From an uncultured Methanosarcinales archaeon (GTDB taxonomy: Archaea; Nanobdellota; Nanobdellia; Woesearchaeales; GW2011-AR9), in assembly GCA_964639875.1 (NCBI GenBank), contig CAZXEM010000001.1, forward strand, positions 1 to 60,593: DNA of 60,593 nt, written 5' to 3'. Shown in pieces: positions 25,856 through 32,835 of this stretch (within the stretch, counting starts at the first letter, position 1; every line of letters starts with the position of its first letter). A program made the position numbers and the translations under genes. The notes beneath the pieces are model-generated. The model searched no databases, was not told the origin of the DNA, and worked only from the letters and a program-made list of their open reading frames with translations.

Positions 25856-26083
25856 TTACCAACTTCTTCTTTGACGATAATTGTTACAAGTATCATGATG
25901 AGTATGCCAACCATCATGGGGGTGACATTGTTTCTCATTACAATGATAATGACATTCTTTCTTTTGATTGTAACGGAAACCCATTCCACCAAAAGAAGCG
26001 GAAAGATTTCCTCCGCAACCGGCCATTAAAGCAGGGATAGCAATTATCAAAGATACTTTTTTGATTTTTTCAGTTAATGACAT
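25856..26083 (-). CDS. Island ORF I5: Cys/His-rich lipobox mini-protein, paralogue of I7
   Basis: Signal LIIAIPALMAGC, then NQKKECHYHCNEKQCHPHDGWHTHHDTCNNYRQRRSW. Shares the motif NQ-KK-x-CH-x-H...CHPH-[ND]-G-x-H-[ST]-H with I7. Confidence 0.55.
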   Translation of the reverse strand: MSLTEKIKKVSLIIAIPALMAGCGGNLSASFGGMGFRYNQKKECHYHCNEKQCHPHDGWHTHHDTCNNYRQRRSW

Positions 26084-26089
26084 TTTATC

Positions 26090-26524
26090 TTATTCCATGA
26101 AATTACTAGCTTTCCAATAATGTCTAATCAATTCTGCAGTTGCAGTCTGGTCTAAACTTTTTCCTGAAGCTACTGGACCGTCTCCAGAAACTAGGTTTCT
26201 TTCACGCATACATTTTCTAGCAACTCTTACTGATTCTCCCATTACTGCTACTTCATCAATACTTTTGAAAGGAGATTGTTCTGCAGCTTTTCCTTGTAAA
26301 TAGAAACAAGCATGTGATTCACTTATTTTTCCATTCTTGCCGTATAATGAAATTGCTTCTTGAGCCATCTCTTGCCAAGGTTGCATTTCGTTTCTTTCAA
26401 CAGAATGATTATAAGAATCATTTCCGCTCATTGTTTTTTCCAAACCTGCAGTTACACATGCAGTTCCAGTTAGTGTTATTGTAGCTGATGCCAAAATTGG
26501 CATTATCATTTTTTCATATTTCAT
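26090..26524 (-). CDS. Island ORF I4: lipobox-like secreted protein
   Basis: Signal MPILASATITLTGTAC. Helical-looking mature domain with no recognisable family. Confidence 0.5.
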   Translation of the reverse strand: MKYEKMIMPILASATITLTGTACVTAGLEKTMSGNDSYNHSVERNEMQPWQEMAQEAISLYGKNGKISESHACFYLQGKAAEQSPFKSIDEVAVMGESVRVARKCMRERNLVSGDGPVASGKSLDQTATAELIRHYWKASNFME

Positions 26525-26537
26525 TTTATTTTCACCT

Positions 26538-26927
26538 TTATTCTTGTTTTAGATTTTCATTAAATCTTTTCATAATCCCGTATTGTGGATAAACTAATGA
26601 TTCTATTTTAGCAGAAAACAATTTTGTTTCATCTTTACTTAAGAAATGAACTTTATCACCAGAAATGTAATCCTTATCATTTTTATTTAAAACTGCAACT
26701 ACTTGTTTTTCAAGTTGATGGTTTTTAATGTAAGATCCCATTTGTGAAGATAAGCTAAATAAAGGTGATTCTTGTCTTAATCTTGCGAATTTACCTATTT
26801 CACTTTCTCCATCAACCTCACTAAATATCCCATAGGCATAATTTTCTGGACTTGAGTTTGGATGCTTAGCTAAGAATGAATAATCACCTTCAACATTTTC
26901 AACTTTCAATATTTTTAATAGTGTCAT
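26538..26927 (-). CDS. Island ORF I3: cytoplasmic protein, no recognisable family
   Basis: 129-aa ORF starting 3 nt after the I2 stop. No signal peptide. Confidence 0.45.
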   Translation of the reverse strand: MTLLKILKVENVEGDYSFLAKHPNSSPENYAYGIFSEVDGESEIGKFARLRQESPLFSLSSQMGSYIKNHQLEKQVVAVLNKNDKDYISGDKVHFLSKDETKLFSAKIESLVYPQYGIMKRFNENLKQE

Positions 26928-26930
26928 TTT

Positions 26931-27266
26931 CTATATCCCTCTTAATATTCTTAACAAACCTTGTGCTTTACTTTTTGATTCTGTTCTTGAAGCATAAGCT
27001 ACTTGAGAATCAATAAAGTTCCATCCTCTTGGATGAATTTCCATGTTTACAGTTTCTTCTAATTTTTCAACAACTGTACTAATGTCTAAGTTTTTTAGGT
27101 ATTCACTAGACCGTTCATCAATACACATTATATCTGCTTTATTTCCTAAGTCTCTTCTCATTAATTTGTCAACAACGTGATCAAAGTAAAATGATGCTGG
27201 GATTCTTTTATGAGGTCCTACATTTGCATCTTCAGGAATTTGTTTCTTTATTTTTGAATAACTCAT
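26931..27266 (-). CDS. Island ORF I2: cytoplasmic partner protein, paralogue of I11
   Basis: Start overlaps the I1 stop by 4 nt (ATGA). KQIPEDANVGPHKRIPASFYFDHV and SKSKAQGLLRIL align with I11. Confidence 0.5.
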   Translation of the reverse strand: MSYSKIKKQIPEDANVGPHKRIPASFYFDHVVDKLMRRDLGNKADIMCIDERSSEYLKNLDISTVVEKLEETVNMEIHPRGWNFIDSQVAYASRTESKSKAQGLLRILRGI

Positions 27267-27547
27267 CTTTTCAAATATACCTCTGCACAGATTTGATCGC
27301 CTTGTCTCTTGTATCTTGTCATTGTATTCTCTAATGTTACTTCTCCGCCTTTGCCTTCAGTTAAATAATCAGCAATCATTGTTTTAGCTTCATATTCAGT
27401 CATATCTCTTTTAGTAGAAACATCGCCAACACTAGAACAAGCTCTAGCAAGAACTCCGCCATTTAATTCTCTAATTTCTGGTTTCAATGTAGTTGCACAG
27501 CCCCCAAGTACTAAAGCTGCAATTCCAGTTAAAATCATTTTTTTCAT
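27263..27547 (-). CDS. Island ORF I1: small lipobox protein (first gene of the island)
   Basis: Signal MKKMILTGIAALVLGGC. GAGGG SD about 10 nt upstream. Confidence 0.55.
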   Translation of the reverse strand: MKKMILTGIAALVLGGCATTLKPEIRELNGGVLARACSSVGDVSTKRDMTEYEAKTMIADYLTEGKGGEVTLENTMTRYKRQGDQICAEVYLKR

Positions 27548-27589
27548 TTTTAATTTCCCTCTTTGTTATAGCTTAGTAGTAACAATGGT

Positions 27590-27597
27590 TATTTAAC
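27590..27597 (-). promoter_or_regulatory. TATA-box candidate for the island operon
   Basis: Minus strand agTTAAATAAcc about 46 nt upstream of ATG 27547, with a GAGGG SD in the predicted short leader. Confidence 0.3.
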
Positions 27598-27643
27598 TAT
27601 CTTTTTACTATCTTCCATATCTTAGATATTAAAAACAGAAAAG

Positions 27644-27653
27644 TTTAAATAAA
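27644..27653 (+). promoter_or_regulatory. TATA-box candidate for the AbrB-PhoU regulator (leaderless geometry)
   Basis: tttaaataaa centred about 26 nt upstream of ATG 27674, back-to-back with the island promoter. Confidence 0.45.
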
Positions 27654-27673
27654 AACAAAACTAAAATCAAAAT

Positions 27674-28537
27674 ATGAACAGAAAATTAATCAAACAGGGT
27701 GGAACTGGACTTACATTATACGTTCCCAAGAAGTGGGTGGATCGATTAAAACTTAAACCAGGAGATGAAGTTTCAGTAGAAGAAGATGGAAACAAACTTA
27801 TTCTTAGTCCAGAGACTGTACTTAAAGAGAAAAAAATTAAACTTGATGCCACCAAACTTGATGAAAACTCTTTAAGAATTGCTTTATCTTTACTTTATTG
27901 GCAAGGTTACAATAAAATAGAAATAACAAACAAAGATAAATTTTCTTTTCTAGGTATTAACAAAGTAGTTGATAATTTTATTGGGATGGTAATTACAGAT
28001 CAATCTGATCATAAAGTAACCATTGAAAATACTATCAAAGAAAATGTTAAAAATGTGGATAAAATTATTAACAAATTATTCATTACTGTGAAATACATGT
28101 TTTCCTATTTGTTAAATAACTTTTCTAAAAATTTAGAGAATGATTTAGAAATTTTAGAACTTAGAAATTCAATCTTAAAACAAGGTAATTATTGTCAAAA
28201 ATTGATTTTTGTTAATAATTTTGGTAAAGAAAAAACTTATGAATATGTGGTCGTAGTTCTAATGTTAAAAAAGATTTCAGGTTCGTTATTTTTCTTATCA
28301 AAAAATAAACTACATTTAAAAAAGACAGAAGCATACTTAAAAAGATCTTTTGACTGGTTTGAAAATTTACACAATAGTTATCTTAAGAAAGATCCTACTA
28401 CTTCTTTAGAAATTTATGAATTATTAAACAAAGAAAAGATTAAACTCTACAAGGAGCAAAATGAGAACGTTATTTTTGGAGGAATGATTGAACATATGTT
28501 TAGTTTATCGCTAAGAGTTAGCAGCATTAATCTTTAG
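27674..28537 (+). CDS. AbrB/SpoVT-domain plus PhoU-like transcriptional regulator
   Basis: N-terminus KLIKQGGTGLTLYVPKKWVDRLKLKPGDEVSVEEDGNKLILSP is a SpoVT/AbrB swapped-hairpin motif. The helical C-terminal domain fits the archaeal AbrB-PhoU architecture. Confidence 0.65.
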   Translation: MNRKLIKQGGTGLTLYVPKKWVDRLKLKPGDEVSVEEDGNKLILSPETVLKEKKIKLDATKLDENSLRIALSLLYWQGYNKIEITNKDKFSFLGINKVVDNFIGMVITDQSDHKVTIENTIKENVKNVDKIINKLFITVKYMFSYLLNNFSKNLENDLEILELRNSILKQGNYCQKLIFVNNFGKEKTYEYVVVVLMLKKISGSLFFLSKNKLHLKKTEAYLKRSFDWFENLHNSYLKKDPTTSLEIYELLNKEKIKLYKEQNENVIFGGMIEHMFSLSLRVSSINL

Positions 28538-28549
28538 TTTAAAAAAAAG

Positions 28550-28755
28550 AGCCCCGGGCGAGACTTTCAGAATGATTCCGCTTGATTCGCAGTGCGTTGG
28601 GTTTTATACCCAACCCGCTCTTGCGTATCAAATGAGCGTAACCATTTGGTTGAACTCGCGACCTCCTGATATCTTGATGTGCTTTGGATTAATTTTGTAA
28701 ACACATCCGATAGAGATTTACAAGTCAGGTGCTATAGCCACTAAGCCACCGGGGC
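28550..28755 (-). tRNA. tRNA-Thr(UGU) with a 48-nt anticodon-loop intron (about 28671-28718) and an 85-nt T-loop insertion (about 28564-28648)
   Basis: Minus strand reads: acceptor GCCCCGG/CCGGGGC; D-arm GCTT-AGTGGCTA-TAGC; anticodon stem CCTGA/TCAGG with loop CTTGTA[intron]A; T-stem GCGAG/CTCGC enclosing 92 nt; discriminator U. A T8 run (28541-28549) follows. Confidence 0.8.
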
Positions 28756-28855
28756 AATACATGCTTGGTAACTTAAGGGGACTAAGAGAGCAACGCGAAC
28801 GCATGTCGCCTGTCTTATCAAATGGGACTCCATTTGCCATCTAAGCTACCGGGGC
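28756..28855 (-). other. tRNA-Thr-like 5-prime fragment (acceptor strand plus D-arm-like sequence) forming the promoter-proximal part of the tRNA-Thr locus
   Basis: TATTGCCCCGGTAGCTTAG at 28841-28859 repeats 28741-28759 with one mismatch (period 100 nt). Next comes the hairpin CAAATGG-AGTCC-CATTTGATA, related to the first hairpin of the T-loop insertion. No anticodon or T arm was found. Confidence 0.4.
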
Positions 28856-28878
28856 AATATCAAGGATTTTATTTACTC

Positions 28879-28888
28879 TATTTATTAA
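28879..28888 (-). promoter_or_regulatory. TATA-box candidate positioned for the tRNA-Thr fragment
   Basis: Minus strand TTAATAAATA centred about 28 nt upstream of 28855. No TATA lies upstream of the full tRNA at 28755. Confidence 0.4.
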
Positions 28889-28925
28889 CTTTTTGGAAAA
28901 AACAAGCTTAAGAAAAACCAAAACC

Positions 28926-28933
28926 TTATAAAA
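28926..28933 (+). promoter_or_regulatory. TATA-box candidate for scpA (leaderless geometry)
   Basis: ttataaaa centred about 29 nt upstream of ATG 28959. Confidence 0.45.
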
Positions 28934-28958
28934 TCACGAAATTTCCTCATAAACAACA

Positions 28959-29711
28959 ATGCAAGAACAAATATTAGATTTGCTTATTGAAAAAGAGGAT
29001 GTTACCTGGAGAACAATCCTGTTCGATCTTGTTAAGACTGAACAGATGGACCCCTGGGATGTTAATTTAAGTCTACTAACAAAAAAATATATTGATTTGA
29101 TCAAAAAAATGCAGGAACATGACCTGAAAATTTCTGGAAAAGTTCTTCTTGCTGCTGCGTTTTTGTTAAAAATCAAATCTGCCCATTTCTTAGATCATGA
29201 CATTACTAACCTTGATAAGTTAATGCAACAAACTGAAGATCAATGGGAAGATGATTTGTTTGATTTCTCTGAATTGGGCTACGTTCCTGATAAAAAGAAA
29301 CGAGAAAAACATCAATTTACACTAATTCCGAGACAACCTCAACCCAGAGATAGAAAAGTTTCTATCCACGATTTGGTTAACGCATTACAAAACGCAATGC
29401 AATCAAGGAAAAGAATTCTTGCTAAACAAAAACCAGTAAAATATAATCGCCCTAAAAGAACAATGGACATTATGGAAGTTATCCGTGATTTGTATCACAA
29501 AATTGCATTTTATACTCATAAAAAAGAAAGAAAAAATTTAACTTTCTCACAATTATTACCACCAGAAGCAAAAAAGAGAGATAAAGTGTACACATTCATC
29601 CCATTATTACATTTAGAAAGTCAACAAAAGATTTCTACAAAACAAGCAGAACCATTCAACGAAATTCATGTTAAGTTAATAGATAAAAAAATTAAAGCAA
29701 AAGCAAAATAA
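28959..29711 (+). CDS. scpA: Segregation and condensation protein A (ScpA-like kleisin)
   Basis: N-terminus ILDLLIEKEDVTWRTILFDLVKTEQMDPWDVNLSLLTKKYIDLIKKMQEHDLKISGKVLLAAAFLLKIKS matches the ScpA pattern, and the length is right. Confidence 0.6.
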   Translation: MQEQILDLLIEKEDVTWRTILFDLVKTEQMDPWDVNLSLLTKKYIDLIKKMQEHDLKISGKVLLAAAFLLKIKSAHFLDHDITNLDKLMQQTEDQWEDDLFDFSELGYVPDKKKREKHQFTLIPRQPQPRDRKVSIHDLVNALQNAMQSRKRILAKQKPVKYNRPKRTMDIMEVIRDLYHKIAFYTHKKERKNLTFSQLLPPEAKKRDKVYTFIPLLHLESQQKISTKQAEPFNEIHVKLIDKKIKAKAK

Positions 29712-29783
29712 AAATTGATTTATAACAAAAAAAAGCTAAATAAACCATAATCTTTTTATTCTCATCTGTTTTCATCTACTTTA

Positions 29784-31136
29784 ATGGTGTTTGATGTTAT
29801 TATTGGCAGAAGTAAGAAAGACGTTGCCAAATTCGGAAAAAGAGGTACAGTATTCTTAGCTAAACAGTATGTTAAGATGGGTCAAACCACTGCCCTTTCT
29901 AATCCAGTCTACTTAGATGTTGCTGGTGCACACGTAGTTTTTATTGTTGGTAAACGTGGATCTGGTAAATCTTATACTATGGGAAGTATTGCAGAAGGAT
30001 TAGCAGACCTACCACAAGAAATTAAACAAAACCTGGCTATTGTTCTCCTAGATACGATGGGGATTTATTGGACAATGAAATATCCCAATTTTCAAGATGC
30101 AGAATTAGTAAAAAAGTGGGGTTTTGAAACAAAAGGGTTAGATGTAAAAATTTATACCCCTTCAGGATTTTATTACAAGTATAAAGATGAAGGAATTCCA
30201 ACAGATTTCCCATTTTCGTTAAGACCAATAGAAGTTTCACCTAACGATTGGTGTACATCATTCAACTTAGATCCAAACTCAGCGGCAGGAGTTTTAATTA
30301 CTAAATCCGTGCAAACACTTAACAAGAAAGAAGAAAGTTACGATTTAGATCAACTAATGGAAATTGTTAAAAATGATCCAGAAAGTGATCGAGTTACTAT
30401 TAGCGTTGTGATGAACGAATTTGAAAAAGCTAAAGGATGGCAAATATTTTCCAAAGAAGGGACAAGGTTAAAAGAAATTGTAGCGGGTGGACAAGTTACA
30501 ATTTTAGATGTAAGTCCTTATGCTACAATGGCTTCTGGTTGGGAAATTAAAAATTTAGTTATTGGCATTATCTGCAGAAGTTTATTCCAACAACGAATGT
30601 TAGCAAGAAAAACTGAAGAGTTCAAATCTGTTGATGCCGCGATGCATTACTTTTCTAAAGATGTTAAAGAAAAAATGGAAGATCCTTTAGTTTGGGTAGC
30701 GATTGACGAAGCGCACGAAGCTCTTCCCCATGATGGTAAAACCGCCGCTTCAGATGCATTGATCACTATTCTCCGTGAAGGAAGACAGCCAGGAATAAGT
30801 TTAATCTTAGCAACGCAACAGCCAGCAAAAATCCATACCGACGTAATGACTCAGTCTGATACAGTTATTGCGCACCGGTTAACTGCAAAAATGGACACCG
30901 AGGCTCTGGGCATGTTAATGCAAAGTTATATGCGTTCAGGATTAGATGAAGAAATAAACGGATTACCAAGACTAAAAGGAGCAGCTGTACTTTTTGATGA
31001 TGCTAATGAAAGATTGTTTCCTGTGCAAATGCGACCTAGATTTACTTGGCATGGCGGTGGATCTCCAACAGCAATAAGAGAACGGAAAGGACAAACTAGC
31101 GATACAATAAAAAAATTGAAAGAAATGGATTTGTAG
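29784..31136 (+). CDS. HerA-like / DUF87 P-loop ATPase
   Basis: Walker A VGKRGSGKSYTMG. Walker B VWVAIDEAHEALP. LILATQQP and DTVIAHRL motifs typical of the HerA/FtsK-like clade. Confidence 0.6.
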   Translation: MVFDVIIGRSKKDVAKFGKRGTVFLAKQYVKMGQTTALSNPVYLDVAGAHVVFIVGKRGSGKSYTMGSIAEGLADLPQEIKQNLAIVLLDTMGIYWTMKYPNFQDAELVKKWGFETKGLDVKIYTPSGFYYKYKDEGIPTDFPFSLRPIEVSPNDWCTSFNLDPNSAAGVLITKSVQTLNKKEESYDLDQLMEIVKNDPESDRVTISVVMNEFEKAKGWQIFSKEGTRLKEIVAGGQVTILDVSPYATMASGWEIKNLVIGIICRSLFQQRMLARKTEEFKSVDAAMHYFSKDVKEKMEDPLVWVAIDEAHEALPHDGKTAASDALITILREGRQPGISLILATQQPAKIHTDVMTQSDTVIAHRLTAKMDTEALGMLMQSYMRSGLDEEINGLPRLKGAAVLFDDANERLFPVQMRPRFTWHGGGSPTAIRERKGQTSDTIKKLKEMDL

Positions 31137-31270
31137 AATTCTTATTTTGAATAATGAACCCAACGCATAACGCCTTTGATCATAGTCTCACAAAGGAAGT
31201 GCAACGTTGGGGTTATATGTCTAAAAACAAAGCGTATTTAAAAATTTAATCTTTTTTTAGAAAATATTGA

Positions 31271-32170
31271 TCACATTGCTTCTAATCTTTTAATCCGGTC
31301 ATTAATTGGCGGATGTGTAGAATATAATTTTTTCATGAAAGATCTTTTACTTTTCCGAAATGGTGTGGAAATAAACAAATGAGCAGTAGCTTTATTAGCG
31401 TGATCTACTAATGGATCAGGATCCCCTTTAATTTTTTTTAATGCATCCGCTAACCCTTTCGGATATCTTGTTAGTAATGCTCCAGAAGCGTCAGCAAGAT
31501 ATTCCCTTTTCCGAGATATTGCTAACTTAATTGCTTCCCCTACTAAAGGAGCAAGAATTGCTAAAGCAATCCCCACAATTATAAAAATAATAGTTAATTG
31601 GCCACTATCTCTACTTTTTCCTCTTCTACCCCATAAGAAACTACGTAAGATAAAATCAGATAATAAAACTGTAATCCCTACCATTACTGCAGCTAACATC
31701 ATCACCCGAATGTCAAAATTTTTAATGTGTGACATTTCGTGAGCAATAACACCTTCTAATTCTAAACGATTCAGTTTATCAAGCAAGCCAGTAGTAACCG
31801 TAATTGAAGAATGTTCAGGATCTCGACCAGTTGCAAAAGCGTTCAAAGCATCATCTTCAATAACGTAAACTTTTGGTGGTTTTGCTAATCCAGCAGCGAT
31901 AGCTATCCCTTCTACGGTATTAATTAGATGAGTATATTTTGGTTTAGTAGCTACCTTGGCTTTAGTCATTGCTAAAATAGCGTTAGCACCACCGTAATAA
32001 CTAATTAAGAAATAAATTGTTCCAGCAACTACAGCTAAGCCAACCCCAAAATAAGTAGATCCGTAAAAGAACCCTACAACATAACCAATAAATATAACAA
32101 AAACCATAAAGAAAAAGATTAACAAATACGATTTTCTTTTGTTAGATGCAATTTCTTCATATATTCCCAT
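31271..32170 (-). CDS. htpX: HtpX-family M48 zinc metalloprotease
   Basis: HEMSHIKN (HExxH), downstream REYLADASG, four TM segments. Confidence 0.85.
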   Translation of the reverse strand: MGIYEEIASNKRKSYLLIFFFMVFVIFIGYVVGFFYGSTYFGVGLAVVAGTIYFLISYYGGANAILAMTKAKVATKPKYTHLINTVEGIAIAAGLAKPPKVYVIEDDALNAFATGRDPEHSSITVTTGLLDKLNRLELEGVIAHEMSHIKNFDIRVMMLAAVMVGITVLLSDFILRSFLWGRRGKSRDSGQLTIIFIIVGIALAILAPLVGEAIKLAISRKREYLADASGALLTRYPKGLADALKKIKGDPDPLVDHANKATAHLFISTPFRKSKRSFMKKLYSTHPPINDRIKRLEAM

Positions 32171-32205
32171 TTTTAAAAATTAAAAAATTAAAAAACAAAG
32201 TAAAG

Positions 32206-32754
32206 TTAAAACTCCACTTTAACGTTTTTCTTTTCTTTTTCTTCAGCACCAAAAAATTCTTCCTGATGGAAGCCAAACATTTTTGCAAAAATATTTTTTG
32301 GAAAAACCTGAATTGCTTCATTAAAAGCCATTACACTATCATTAAAAAACTGTCGTGCGTAAGCAATTTTTGATTCTGTCCCAGACAATTCTTCCTGTAA
32401 TTGCATAAAATTTTCATTAGCTTTCAGATTGGGATAATTTTCCGCCACTGCAAAGATAGATTTTAAAGCGTCAGTAATTTGATTAGAAGCTTTAGCTTTT
32501 TCTTTTGTTGAACCAGACATTAAACTTGTTCTTGCTTTAGTAACCGCTTCCAAAACACCTTTTTCATGTTTCATGTAACCTTTAACTGCACTTACTAAAT
32601 TAGGAATCAAATCGTACCTTCTTTTTAATTGGACATCAATTTGTGCCCAAGCATTTTTTACTCTTACTCTCAATTTTATCAAACTATTGTAGATATAAAC
32701 TATAAATAAAACTACAACTGCAATAATAACAATAATAATCCATGTTGCTAACAT
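32206..32754 (-). CDS. lemA: LemA family protein
   Basis: N-terminal TM then [33 protein letters not shown]. Classic LemA-HtpX pairing. Confidence 0.85.
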   Translation of the reverse strand: MLATWIIIVIIAVVVLFIVYIYNSLIKLRVRVKNAWAQIDVQLKRRYDLIPNLVSAVKGYMKHEKGVLEAVTKARTSLMSGSTKEKAKASNQITDALKSIFAVAENYPNLKANENFMQLQEELSGTESKIAYARQFFNDSVMAFNEAIQVFPKNIFAKMFGFHQEEFFGAEEKEKKNVKVEF

Positions 32755-32835
32755 TTTTTAAACCCCCTTAAAGTTAATAATAGTTTAAAACAGTTCTAGC
32801 TTTTAAATATTACGGGAAAATTAGTGTTTAAGAGT

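Noticed and set aside
25840-25992. N-terminal extension of the 167-aa track ORF (25489-25992)
   Set aside because: The extension overlaps I5 in another frame and is hydrophobic nonsense. The internal ATG at 25839 gives a clean signal peptide (MDYKILLLSAALALGITAC) with GGAG upstream.
18222-28860. The whole 18.2-28.9 kb segment as an integrated mobile element bounded by the two tRNA loci sharing the 92-nt repeat
   Set aside because: The segment has no integrase, transposase, capsid or replication gene. It contains the conserved housekeeping pair psmB-aCPSF1, and its composition looks uniform with the flanks. The tRNA 5-prime duplicates lie within 60-100 nt of their own genes rather than flanking the segment.
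31150-31215. Hairpin ACCCAACG...CCTTTG-loop-CAAAGG...CGTTGGGG as a small RNA gene
   Set aside because: It sits exactly between two convergent genes (stops at 31136 and 31271). It is most simply a bidirectional terminator or 3-prime-end stabilising structure, and no promoter was seen.
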